DNA from: Octopus bimaculoides
Taxonomy: Eukaryota
Length of the DNA: 63,322 nt
Assembly: GCF_001194135.2 (NCBI RefSeq)
Contig: NC_068982.1
Span: 2,322,889-2,386,210 of the forward strand
Direction: 5' to 3'
Below are positions 24,346-37,332 of this stretch, in pieces. A program made the position numbers and the translations under genes. How positions within the stretch are numbered: the first letter of the stretch is position 1; every line of letters begins with the position of its first letter. The notes below the pieces were generated by a model. The model saw only the letters and a program-made list of their open reading frames with translations, did not search any database and was not told the DNA's origin.

Positions 24346-24976
24346 GTGTGTGTGTGTGCGTGTGTGTGTGTGTGTGCAATAAATAAACAACGACAGATAA
24401 AAAACATATATGTATATTGAGGGTACAACCGGATGGGAGACAGATAGAGAGGGTCCCTAATTCTTCATCAGTTATCAACCAAATTGGTAATACTCAGTTT
24501 CGCACCATGGAGGGTAAGACTGGGAACTTCACATATTGGTGGTGCCTGCGAAAGTTGCAAAGAATGTCGGGCCTCAAGTAAACAAAACAGCACAGATTGG
24601 ACATATGAAAGTAGAAAAAATGTAATGTAAGACAATGCACAAAAGACGAACTAAACAGGAAACGAGCAAAATACGACCTTAGGGTCAAAAAGATAAGAAT
24701 GGCGGGTAACACTTAGAAGAAATACTAAAGACTATGGCGACCAAGTGGCTGGGCGGCCGGTGTGAAAAAGGGAGAGAAAGAAGGAAAGCTGTCCACGGGT
24801 CACGCGTGAAGAGCAAGTAGAGGAGAAAGAGAGAGCGACAGAGAGAAAATAGAGAGGAAATAAGGGAAGAAATGAAGGCGGTACCGAGGGGTAATATTTA
24901 TCTCCACCACTTAAACATGGATGCTCTGTTAGAAACAAGCTATACTGCGGTAGATACCATGAAAGAATCTCTGATG

Positions 24977-25597
24977 TAGGCTTTTGGTGTAAAATACACA
25001 CTTGTCTACATCACCAGCGGGGAGATAAATACCCACCATCTCCAGCACAAAGACCACCAGATCACGTGATTTCTAGCTTCTTTGATTTCATCAATGTTGG
25101 ACGCTTGGCCGCTACATATAGCAACGACTCACCTCCCCGTTAGTGAGATATAGAAAATCAGTGCCAGAAGAGGCACTAGTGTCCCGATTAAGGAGTGAGC
25201 TTGTTGAAAATTATATACTAGGGTCAGAGGCAGTATTAAACTGAGAGGTAATATTTGTTTTTCCCCTTCATCATGGATGCTCAGCGTCTGTGAGTATTTC
25301 TCTTATGGGCTCTACCGTGATAAAGTTTGTTCTAAGAGACCATCCCTGTTTAAGTGCCGAATATATTTCAACAAACTCAATGGCTAATCACGACAGCAGT
25401 GTCAGTTCAGGCATTAATTTTCCATATATTACTAACGGCGAGATGAGTCACTGCACTCTCTAGCATCAAACGTCCATTATTGATGTGACTAAGGAAAGTC
25501 GAAATCATGTGATCAGGTAATCTTCGCGCTGGAGATAAAAGAAATTTATCTCCCCGCTAGCGATATAAACATGCGGGCATTTTGCGCCAAGAGCCTA
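24977..25597. mobile_element. Old fold-back element with ~168-bp diverged inverted arms
   Basis: 24977-25144 vs reverse complement of 25431-25597 (shared AGCGGGGAGATAAAT, ATCTCCAGC, GATCACRTGATTTC, CATCAAT, GACTCA, CCGTTAGT). Confidence 0.65.
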
Positions 25598-25952
25598 TAA
25601 GAGAGTTTCTCTGTCCATGCTTTGGGAGAGTAAATTTTGTTTTAACCGAACATTCACTTTTTAAGTGCAGATAAATAGTGCCTCTTGAAAGAACAACAAA
25701 AAATAATTGGAAAAGATATGAAAACTTTTTTCACAGTTTTACCCTATAGTCAAAAATTTTCCCTGTTCAAAGCATTAAAAACTAGAAAACAGTTTTTAAA
25801 CCAAAGAACATGGATATAAAAAAAATATAATTGCAGTGCACCATCCGGAATTTCACCATGTCAAGTTTGATTTCATCGATTCAGTTTAGTGTCGTTAATA
25901 TACACATATTTTAAAATGGAGTTTATCAGCAAGATTCGAATTAAGATAAAGA

Positions 25953-26005
<53 letters not shown>

Positions 26006-26611
26006 ATGCATATATATGCATCAATACAAAAACTGAATGCTTTGTAAATATGTCGAAAGGGTTACAGATATGAATATCGATGAATCTAAAACATTATTTT
26101 CTATATTTAAAGGAATAGTTGTTGATAATTAATCATGTGCATTTTTGAAATTAGAAGACGGAAATGATACATGTATAGCGAAACAGACTGAATAACCTCT
26201 GTTTATCAAAAATACATTTGACTGATATAACTAATTTCTAACAATTGTGATAATCCATACAAAATTTAGATAAATTTGAAAATCTCTTCATTATATTAGC
26301 CATGAATTTACGGTCGACTCAATAGTATTTTTTTTAACCAACTGTATATCTATAAATAATATGCATTGGATGTAACATCGAAGTTCCGTTGCGAAAGAAG
26401 GGCCTCATATAGCCTTCAAATTTGTTTCATGCAGTTTTCAATCTACATAATGTGCATCTCTTGAACTTTTTTAACATAAACTTGATCCCCACACTAAATC
26501 TTGTTTAGCAAAAAGTGAATCATTGTTCACAAATAACCCGTTAGAAAATATCTCTTGAAAAAGAAGTACAGCATCTACTCATATATTATATTCTTGTTTG
26601 TTTGTTTGTTT

Positions 26612-26648
<37 letters not shown>

Positions 26649-28429
26649 TGTGTGTGTGTGTGCGTGTGTAAACGTGTGTGTCTGTGTGTTTTATTTGCTA
26701 ACCTTTTCTTCCTCATCATATATCAAATCATTGTATACAAATGAAAAGAAAACGATATTGTTCTATACATACAAGATTACATCGCTATTCCTTTTGATGA
26801 AACTTTCAGAATCGACATGTAATATATGAACATAGACATAAAGGCACACACACACACACACACACATACACATACACACGCACACACACAAGACAAACGC
26901 ACGCACGCGCGCATACACACACGTGCACAGGCGCACAGACACCAACGCACACACATGCAGAGGAACTCACACACATAAAACACACGCACGCACACACACA
27001 CACACATAAAACACACGCAGGCACACACACATAAAACACACGCACACGCACACACATAAAATACACACTCACACACACACACACACACGCACATATATAA
27101 AGTATGTGTGTTATATCCATTAATGCGTATATATTTAGATATGTGTATGTACGGGAATAGCAACTGATTAATTATATGCCTTTGCATTTCAGAAATTTAA
27201 CCATTCTTTCGCTGTTTGTATTCACAAAGCAATGAAATTATTATATTTAGAGATGCCAAGTCTTTTAACTCTGATACAAGCTGTGCACGAAACCCCAATC
27301 CTCTCTCTAACATAAATCAATAAAACGCTTTAATGGAAAACACACTTTAGTACAAAGCTAAATAAAATTTGATGAATCGTTTAAGAAGTAATTGTCATAG
27401 GATTGGCTGTTCCACTATTTTAAAGTATACTTAGTGTTTTGATATTTAAACTGGCAATAGCACAGCTGTTTTTTTTTTTTTTAATATTCAATTGGCCTTA
27501 TTGTTAAAACAGCCTTCCTGAAAATCAAATAAATAAAGAAGGAAAACATATGAACAGGTGTTGCAAACAGCATTAGTTGTCTCTTAAAATCGTTCAAATG
27601 ATCAACCCAGCGAAAGATATGTTAACACACTGGGAATAGAAATTATTATTAGGGCAACCAAAGGTGAAGCTTGCTTTTATATGCATCGAAAAGATTTATT
27701 TGTTTGTAAATACCCATGATATTATTGAAACCTTGCTATATGCAGAAATTTACTTTAAGAGACTTGGTTAGTTATTCATTTGATGGCCAGAGAATTAAAG
27801 ATATGTGTTTATTTCAGATAGAAGTTGGATATTTAAAAATTTATTACACAGTATGTATAGACATTAATATTCTGGCTATATTCCATTATTGTAGAATGTT
27901 AAATGTGTCCATAAATGATTTACGATTTTGTGAAATTTCAAACTTAATATCCAATTTGAGGTCTGCATCCAGTCTATGTTCATACTAGCGAAGTTTTTAA
28001 TTAATTCCCGATAATGAGGAAGGGCTGCCCTTTCCTGAAACTCACCTATCTATAATGTAACTGATATTCGCCCTAATATGTTTGTAAAAACAGATGTCAT
28101 TCACGAACCACCGCATTTCTCAACTCTTACATAACTTGAGAAAATTTTAGCTTCGATTTGATTCAGAGCAAATGAATTATGTTAACGTAAAGTATCCTAG
28201 GGAGGACGGCATCTATTTTAATTGGACATTTATGAAATTTGATTGCTTGAAATTATTTGTCTATGTTTAACAAAGATCTGTATATTGACAAGTATTCAAA
28301 ATGGGGATAAAACGCACCGAAATCATTAGAAGACAATGTTTGCAGAGTCTCACCAATGCACTTCAAAAATAATGCAAGATATAAGCAATAACATCCCCAA
28401 ATATTTATCGATAACAAAATTAATTTTTT

Positions 28430-29200
28430 AAATAGAAGAAAACACAGTATCAGAGGGAATCGGCAATAGTCAGCCGTGACACACTTATACTGCTGTCTCT
28501 TCGACAAAACAGGCGCACTCTTTGCATCTATAGCAGAAGATTGAGAGCGCCAGATTCGGACCCGTAAACTGTGAAATATAAGCCATTTCATTATTTTGAT
28601 TGACTGATTTATTGCCCAGCGTGCATTCAGTCGTGAATTTGTCATGAAGAATATGGATCATTTTCGAATTCATTTTCAGTCGCTTCTTCCTAAATCTTTT
28701 CTAAAGTTTGTGTGTCTCATTGCTCCGCTCGCTGCTCACGGTACCGCCACGATCCGGAAGGTCAAGGAAATTGACGCGCTTGTCGTAACAAAAATCAATG
28801 ACTTTGACTTACTCTGCTTATCAATGGCTCTTGTACTTCTTCAGCTTGGACAAGAGGTAAAATGTAATCCACCAACAAAGCTTTTATTTCAAAATCTTTC
28901 ATCCCGTGGAATTAGATCGAAGAAAAACATCTTGTATTCTTTGGCTTCAATCGCTTGCAGTATCTTAGAAAATCAAAATATACTTCCACACTTATCTCCT
29001 GCAAATATGAAGATTACTGCCAAAGCATCCGCTTGCTGATACCTAACGTCCCAACGTGAGCAAATTCCGCACCACTTTCGTGGACTGTGGCTCGTCTGGC
29101 TGCAAAAATCAATTCATCCGTACGAATCGCTTACAATTCGTGTCAGGGTTCGCAGCCAGTGATTTCCCACCACTTGGGTTGTTTTTCATAAAGTTTTGCT
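28430..29200 (-). pseudogene. Decayed mariner (DD34D-type) transposase
   Basis: IRTDELIFAARRATVHE; VNFLDLPDRGGTVSSERSNETHKL*KRFRKKRLKMNSKMIHILHD; KW...GPNLALSIF (cf. HDNARPH...YSPDLAPSDF). Confidence 0.75.
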
Positions 29201-29449
29201 GCATTTAACCTTAATGACACCAGCAACATCTATAATGTGTGTACAGTTGAATGAAGTCTCTGTACATGGTTCTTGTCGATTGTATCATCACCCTAAATTT
29301 CCTATATCTCTCTTTGAATGTTAGAGAGTATGCAAAACTCCTTCGGGAAGAAATCAATGATAAAAGACAGCAAATTGCTTCTGCTTAAGACCCTTTAATT
29401 GCCTCCATTGCATAACAACATGATTAAGAGTTATTATGTAAAGATATTC

Positions 29450-30148
29450 TAAAAACTGTATAGATATATGAGATATATATAAGAATTATATATAACAAGG
29501 GCGCGATGAGTATTAATGTTTTTTATAATGCACTATGAAAATCTAGTTTTAATTTTGTGTTTTCGGTGTACATTTTACTCTTATTTTTAGCAACGCTGGT
29601 GTTTCATAGCGCCCCTGTTATATATATTTCATATATATCTATTAATTTTGCCTATACGGTTTTTAGCTTGTGACCACTAACATTATTATCTCTCGTGAGT
29701 GTTAATGCTCTTTATTTAAAAATTCTATCCAGCTAGTTCGTTTTCTCAATGCGGCTTGGGCACAGAAACGAAAGCAAGCATTGGTTGAAGTGATAGATAG
29801 GTTTGTTACGAGTAGACGAGGCTGAAGAGAACCAAGTGCTTTTGACGCTAAATTCGAAATCATGATACCAGGTTAACTGGAGTTCTTTCTTGCAATTTTA
29901 CAGAGGTAAGACGCAATCCTTGTTCACTTAGTTTTTTTTTCCAACCACGCCTGTTAAGATCTAGTGTTAATTTTGCCGCTTCGGAGTGTTTTTGACTCCT
30001 ATTTTTAGCAAAACTGGAGCTTCATAGCGCCTTTGTTATATATAACTCTTATATATATCTACTAATGTTGCTTATACGGTCTTTAGTTTGTGGCCACTAA
30101 CATTATTATGTCTCATGAGTATTAATATACTTTATATATTTAAAAATG
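29450..30148 (+). mobile_element. Non-coding tandem unit (direct repeats 29540-29725 / 29958-30148, inverted piece 29450-29509) with an internal HHR; PLE/retrozyme-like
   Basis: Direct repeats with ~419-bp period; 29471-29509 is the reverse complement of 30022-30060 (36/39). Confidence 0.7.
29817..29872 (+). ncRNA. Hammerhead motif with intact core and eroded stem I
   Basis: CTGAAGA(29822-28), stem II GAA/TTC, GAAA(29856-59), palindromic stem III ATCATGAT, AUA site (29865-67); stem I only 2 bp contiguous (GG/CC). Confidence 0.6.
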
Positions 30149-30950
30149 TCGTATATATAGCAAGAATACAAATGACAGTGATTTCAAAGTGTTGTGTCTC
30201 CTAAGCTATCACGAGACTCTACTGAGCAACTCCACCCAAACTAGTTTAATTAATGTTTGGATCCCTGAAAAGCTACATTTCATAAAAGCTGAGCTAAAGG
30301 TTCAGATGCTGCACTCTCAACTATGACCTCCACATTTCCCATTCCCATAACAAAAGGTTAAATCATCCATTAATATTTCAATAAAACCAGCAACTAAATC
30401 TAGCAACATGTCTGTTGGCCAACAAACTTCCTCAACCATCTCCATTCTTTTGTGGACCCCTTAAAAAAAGTTAAACGCATGACTGAAGATAACACACACA
30501 CATAGACACACACGATTACCAAATTTTGCACGCATGATAAATTTCAAGCAATAAAACAATTCTAAATTTTATCAAATCTTCCATGACAGCCTACTTTTCA
30601 ACCTGACTCTCATTCAACAGAGTTCAATCCTTAGCCAATCCCCACCCCCACCCATATTAACTTACCGCAGACTATATAAAGCCAAGATGAACACGAGAAT
30701 AGCACAAGCCAAAACATTGAAATCATTGACAATAGTCATCGTGTTAAAAGATTATGTGTTCTATATTGAGAGTTTAGCAATCATTCAATTTGAAATACTG
30801 AAGTTTATATTAGAACTTTGAAAAGTAATGATCTGGCGAAACCTGCAGCACGCCGGACCAAATTCTTCCGGTTTTGCTTCCGAGTTAGAATTGCGTTGTT
30901 GCTTTTTTCCTCTACCTTGTTCTTGTTTGGGTTGACTATCTATCTATCTA

Positions 30951-30997
<47 letters not shown>

Positions 30998-31648
30998 NNN
31001 NNNNNNNNNNNNTATATAATGATGTTTTGCCAGTGCGTTCTATAGGCTATACAAAATTTCTATTTGTGTATGCATTATTTTAATAGGGTCAAATTCAGCG
31101 TGCCCTATATAATCCATTAACTGACAATTAATTTTTAATTACTTGAAATTATGAATGAATTGAGACGAAGAGCCAAGAATTTTAAAGAAATTTCCTGTCT
31201 AGTGGGGAAAGCTAGGAAACTCATGAAATATCAATTTGCGAAAGATTAAATGGTGTCATGCAAGAGGAGAATCAATCTGATCTTTGGCAGCTCTGATTAC
31301 TATTGAAGGAAAGTAGTTTTTGTCACGATAGGATTTGTATTTTTATGTAAAAATAATATTTATTATATAATTAAAAATAATTAATATTAAAATCCAAGCT
31401 ATCATAATTTGTGGGCATTTTAGTGAAATATATTTTTATAAAATTAATCTACAAGTAAAACCAAAAGAAGAAAATCTATTCTAAACGAAAACAGTGTAAG
31501 AAAAGAATGCAGGATTCTTAGCGCGGTGAGTGAATCAGATGATTAATATCTAAGCTGAAAAATCTAGATTTTGTCACTTTTATACGACTTCCTCAGCGAC
31601 TCATAGGCGTTAAGCCTATTGAACAAACAGGTATATGTGTGTACGTAT

Positions 31649-31721
<73 letters not shown>

Positions 31722-32025
31722 AAATGGGAGAAGAACGCAAAACATGCAGACAGGTGATACAAAAAAGGGACAACAAAACATCGAGATAGACGATACACAG
31801 AAAACAAGGACGGGAAAAAAACGGAGAATGTTACACAAATACAAATAACAGGACATAACAACAGGTGTCTTTCGACTAAGGACGAATTAAATTAAGCTGG
31901 CGTGTGTGGAAATAAAGCCTTACTGCAGGGATACAAGATTTCGAAGTCACAGGGAGGAATATATGATAGGCAATATATTTCGTGTAGTTGACTTCGTTAT
32001 TTTATAATTTTCACATTAGCATTTT

Positions 32026-32215
32026 GCTGAATCAGCCATACATTCATATTGTAAATATATATGCTGACAATCTGGATTTAGCCAAAACATCAAGCGACGA
32101 AGTAGTCTCTACTGATGAGCTTGTAATTTTCAAGCAAATCTAGACTAGTATAGATATCTCATTTGGTGTGGGCGGCCATCTCCTCCAGTCAGTATATAAA
32201 AATGTGCTTTGTTGC
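32026..32215 (+). repeat. Diverged direct repeat copy A with an HHR relic (32108-32148)
   Basis: Aligns with 34032-34220; CTA-CTGATGA-GCTTG(TAATTTT)CAAGC-AAAT-CTAG-AC-TAG. Confidence 0.65.
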
Positions 32216-32370
32216 GGCTCTAAGGATTCTTAGCTCTTATTTCTAGCAATGTAGGTACTACACGGCACCCTCAGTCACAATTAACGACAATCGAATGCAA
32301 ACACACACACATGTATATATATCTGTGTGTGTGTGTGTGTGTGTGAGTGTGTGTGTGTGTNNNNNNNNNN

Positions 32371-32406
<36 letters not shown>

Positions 32407-32456
32407 TTGACATAAACAGCTAGGTGCAATCTAAATTCATAAAGGTAAACGCAATA

Positions 32457-34019
32457 CAGAGACTGCCATAATATAAGCTTCAGTAAGTACAAGTGTATTG
32501 AAATATTTATTATAGAAGATTAAGAACACGTTGAGACTAGATATTTAACACATTTAGATATATCTAATGTCTATCGTTCGTGAAAAGTTCAAGTCAACGG
32601 AATAAATATTTCGTAATTTATGAGGAAATGAACCAATAACCTCCCAAACTGCAACGGCCAAAATTAAAGGGTCACTTAGAAAACAATGAAAATGGAACAA
32701 GAACAAAAACGAAACCCTTACTATTAATATTCTGTGAACATCTCTTTACTATCAACGACCTCCTGATATCCTGTCATCACAGGACTGAATTGATTTCTTG
32801 TAAAATGATGGAGTAATATTGTTCCATTCGTTTTTCAATAATCACCAGAGATGATCTTGGTTCTTTGGATGTCTCCTTCGTGCTCCATCTCCAATAATAT
32901 TCCAAACGTTTTCTATAGGGTTCAGATTGAGACTTTGAGGTGACCAATCTATGAGATCAACCCCTTCATCACTCAAAAAATCTTCGCAATGTGACAGGGA
33001 GCGTTGTCCTGCACGCTCACAGGAAGTTGAACTGACAAGGATCGGAGATGTGAAAGGGCATGCTGTCTAAGAATTTGCTTGTATATTTCAGCCTTGACAG
33101 TCCCTTGTAGGCGAATAAGTGGACCAGGACCAGCAGCAGACATCGTTCCCCATACCATTACACTGCCTCCTCCATATTTCACTGTCTTCTTCACACATGC
33201 ACGAGATAACCTTCCGCCACTTCGTACATCCCGTCAACAGAACCAATCACATTAACCTTCGATTCATCGCTAAATTGAACCTGCGACCACTGTTCTTTTA
33301 TCCAAATGACATGTTAACGAGCGAAACACATACGGGCTCTTTGATTCTTCTTGGAGAACAGAGGATTCTTTGCCGGTACCCGTGCAAGCAATCCAGAACC
33401 TCGTAACCTCCAAAAAACTGTTTTGCGCGATACGTTGACATCAGAATTGGTGCTAAACTCGCGGGATATCTCAGCAGCACTCTTAAGCCTATCTTTCAGT
33501 GACATTCAAACTATAAAACGATCCTGTTTTGGTGAAGTTTTACAAGGTCTACCAGTTTAGAGTTTAGCTTCTGTTGATCTTGATGACTTAAAACGAGCTA
33601 CAATTCGTTGCACGGCACTTCTAGACCTTCCTACAATACTTGCTATCACAGAATTTGACTTGCCCTCTTGTTGTAGACACACAATACTTTGTTTTTCTTC
33701 ATAGGACACCGGTCGTCTCTCACAAGCAGCCATGTTGTCAGTTGAATGTTCCAATAATGTACGATCAGTCTTTTAAAATACAAATGCCTCGCTTAGTAGT
33801 TCATTTTTTTCTAAGTGACACCTTTTGGCCGTTGCAATTTGGAAGATTGTTTGTTTATTTCCTCATAAATTACGAAATATTTATACCATACACTTGACAT
33901 TTTCACGAAAGATAGATATTAGGCATATCTAAATATGTGCAAAATATCTAGTCTCAAAGTGTTGTTAATCTATTTCAATACACTTGTTCTTACGGACCCT
34001 TATATTATGGCCGCTACTC
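32457..34019 (-). mobile_element. Full-length Tc1-family DNA transposon with ~230-bp IR/DR terminal inverted repeats
   Basis: Left TA|CAGAGACTGCCATAATATA... through ~32690 mirrors the right end ~33800-34019; the outer and inner DR motif CGGCCAwAAT..AAGGGTC recurs; ~1.56 kb. Confidence 0.9.
32724..33733 (-). pseudogene. Tc1 transposase pseudogene
   Basis: MAACERRP...GRSRSAVQRIV...GRPCKTSPKQDR...FSDESK...KYGGGSVMVWGTMSAAGPG...QDNAPCH...WSPQSLNLNPIENVW; at least 4 stops and 3 frameshifts. Confidence 0.95.
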
Positions 34020-34031
34020 TCACATCGTTTC

Positions 34032-34220
34032 GCTAAATCAGCCATAAATTTGTAAGGTAACTATATATACTAAAAGTCTGATTTAGCCAAACATTAGAGC
34101 GATTGAGTAGTCACTGCTGGCAGGCCTACGACTAATGGCCGAAACTGGTCTAGTCCAGTGATCTCTACAGTCCTTCGTGGGGTGGTCATCTCCCCCGTCA
34201 GTGTACCTTGATACTGTGTG
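34032..34220 (+). repeat. Diverged direct repeat copy B with an HHR relic (34113-34154)
   Basis: ACTG-CTGGCA-GGCC(TACGACTAAT)GGCC-GAAAC-TG-GTC-TAGT; core damaged. Confidence 0.65.
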
Positions 34221-35544
34221 GATTAAGATCCCTGTCGTAGGCCGCTGGTATTAAACACTTTCCGTATGGAAATTAGGTAATTCTCCATAGAGTAACTGCT
34301 GCATTTGTAGAGTATATAAACATTTTGGCTGATGGCTTCTCTGGAGATTGTTGGATCACCAGACCAGGCTGTATGCTATGTTCTTGAGCAAGACACTTTA
34401 TTTAGGTTGCCTAAAACTATCTGAAGATGTTGTCATGGATATCAAAAATTAAAATTCTCCAGGGCATATCTGCATTTTAATTTTCATACACTGAAAATTG
34501 AACAGCTGTCACACTTGCAAATTTTTAAAGCAATATGTATTAAAATTGTAAAGGCGCGTGTGTTACTGGTGATGTGTTCTGTTGTCGATCATAGTTTTGT
34601 GTGATCGCTACGTTGTGTTCTCGACCAAAGCATGTCATTTCATGTTTCCCTTGTTTGCTCATCAGAAAATAGGTACCAGCCGAATGCTTGTGCAGGCCTT
34701 TCTCTCTCGAGCCTTCAAACTTCGCCGATCTAGCGAGTTAAGGATATGATGCCCGAAATAAATTTTTTACCGGAATGCAATTACATAGTAACTTGAAACG
34801 ATTAATTGAAGCATGATACAAGATAACCGGGTAAATTATTTATATATTACGATTAATGGGGTCTTTTTTTTTTTTACCATTACAAGTCATAAATCTAATT
34901 GATCTGAAAAAAATCCTATAATATATACACTACGCAGCAGATTATATCAACATTCACATGAATACTCAATTCATTGCTCATAAGCAATGGATTTTTCTAT
35001 AAGTCCATAAGAGTTAGATAATATAAATTAGATAACATACAAATAATTAAGCTACACTAATTGACTAGATGCTCGTACGACTCAACGGATAAGTAAAGCT
35101 AATAATACTGAGCGATTTTTTAAAGTATATAGAATCATGTTACGTAAACGTTACTTCAAATTAAGATTATTGAGTTTGTATTTATCGTAATCATTTTCAA
35201 GTAGGTTTTCATAGAGACACACGTACTTGAATGATCTGTAACTGCGTAATTAGCTGCAATATCAATGTAAGATGTTTAGTACAATATAGTATTAAAGCAT
35301 ACGTTGATTTACATTGAAAAATCACATCAATTATATACATGATTAATATGTTAATCAAAATCATCCGAAACGGAATTACTACCGTAGAACTACACTTAAA
35401 ACGTGTATTATATTCCATGATAAACTTATAATATTAATATAAAGATGTCATTGATGTTTTTTTTTTTCAGTATTTAAGAAACGCAACAACCTGGATGACT
35501 CATTAGCTCGAATAACAACAATACATAGTGCCATTTTATTCCAT

Positions 35545-35695
35545 TGCTTACGATCTGAGTTCTAGTTTCGCTGAGGTCAACTTGGTATCAACTTAATCCT
35601 TTCGAAGTCGACAAAAGAAATTTCAGTAAATCACAAGGCCGATGATATCGATCCTAAAATTACTGGCTTCGTGCCAAAATTAGAAACAATATATT
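35545..35695 (+). mobile_element. SINE family C fragment
   Basis: TTACGATCTGAGTTCTAGTTTCGCTGAGGTCAAC...GGCTTCGTGCCAAAATTAGAAAC is homologous to 44313-44523 and 60585-60685. Confidence 0.55.
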
Positions 35696-36885
35696 TAAGT
35701 GACATAATATATTTTAGTGGACACTATTCTATGCACCCCCTTATTGTAATTATCTTTATCATTTTTTCTTTACATATTGTGTAATATTTAAAACAACGCC
35801 TAAACTTATAATACATTCAATGAATCATATTTCCATTCTTATTTTATAGCCTTTAACTACACAGGCTTTTCACGTATAAATAACTGCTACTTTTCCTTGT
35901 CTCCTTCTTATCGTTTGGATTGAACTTTCAATGTTTTCTTCTAATTCATATTCTATGCCTTTAAAGTTCCAATTGCATGTTTCTCAAGAAAGATCACATG
36001 CTTAAATTTAGTCATAAATGATTAATGGCCATGAATATCAAAATATATTTTGTAAAACTTTGTAGTAGACACACTGTGATGTTTACATGTACCCTTCATT
36101 TATACAATCCGTCCGTAGAGGACTTTCTGGAGGCACGTCCTGTTTTACCGAAACAATTCCCAGTAGGCTTCCATTATATTCAAACATATCTTTCCTACGG
36201 TATTGATCATGATTAAACAGAATATTATATAAACTTAATATTTATAGCAGTTTCAAATTTCTGTTTGAAACATTTCCCCCCTTTCGATAATAATATTACC
36301 ACTGACACTATTACAAGGAGCAACCGATCTACATTTATAGAAACTATTTCAGTAATACAGTTCTATATTTAAAGCTGGAGGGTACGTCAGCCGAAACGTT
36401 GTGTTAACAACAAACAAGATTAGGACAAATATCCGTCAAATGTAGATAATGTAAATAGAATAGTTATGAATATTATTATTATTATTATTGACGTTTTTAT
36501 CAGAAGCTCCTAATAGGTTTTCTTATAGATATACACAAGGACGGTGTTTTCCATTCGCTATGGAATTCTTGGGTTGCTATGATCATGTTTATCTCTTGTT
36601 GTTTCTGTCCTCAGTTACTGCAACTATCTAACATTGTCTACAGGTGAAGCAAACTTAATTTGTTCCTATTTATTTTCTTTTAATTTTATTTATCTTCATT
36701 CATCCCGGCTAATTTGAATACTAATATTTTTTCTTTATCTTCGCTTATTCGGATCCACTGTTTATAATACTTCGTCTGGATTTAGTAATATCTGGAGACA
36801 AAATTTATTGGATTCAGTGCAATTCATACTTTGGTCTTATCAATATTGGGTTACTTTAACTTTTGAACAAAATATATTCAAGGCC

Positions 36886-36997
36886 TTTGGTTGTGTGGTA
36901 AGAAGCTTGTTTCCCAACCACATGGTTCTGGGTTCAATTCCACTGCGTGGCACCTTGGGTAGGTGTCTTCTACTATAACCTCGGACCGACCAAAGCC
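36886..36997 (+). mobile_element. SINE family A head
   Basis: GGTTGTGTGGTAAGAAGCTTGTTTCCCAACCACATGG...GACCAAAGCC. Confidence 0.85.
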
Positions 36998-37150
36998 AGT
37001 CGAAGAAATCGACCACAGGACTTATTCTTTGTAAGACTGGTACTTATTCTATCCGTTTCTTTTCCTGAACCGCTAGGTTACGGGGTGAGGGGGCCTAACA
37101 CACCAGCATCCGTTGTCAAGTGATGTTGCGCGGACAAGCACAGACACACA
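36998..37150 (-). mobile_element. SINE family A 3' half, opposite orientation
   Basis: Reverse complement ...CCCCGTAACCTAGCGGTTC...ATAGAATAAGTAC...GGTCGATTTCTTCGACT matches the 3' half of the 3271 and 52669 copies. Confidence 0.85.
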
Positions 37151-37248
37151 TACATACATATATTGGGAAGCAAGCTTCTCATCATACAGCCACACATGCG
37201 CTTATATATATATATGGATATATATGTATATATATATATATATGTATG

Positions 37249-37330
<82 letters not shown>

Positions 37331-37332
<2 letters not shown>

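Noticed and set aside
30180-30860. Possible further Penelope GIY-YIG end and GGCGAAAC motif
   Set aside because: Too degenerate to translate convincingly; no CTGANGA core.
31720-31960. PLE-like terminal fragment next to (AT)n
   Set aside because: Composition resembles 6640 and 22480, but I found no HHR core or alignable homology.
34637-34669. Minus-strand CTGATGA-GC(AAACAA)GG-GAAAC-ATGAAAT
   Set aside because: Stem II is mismatched, the cleavage triplet is GAA and there is no supporting repeat context; at best a badly decayed relic.
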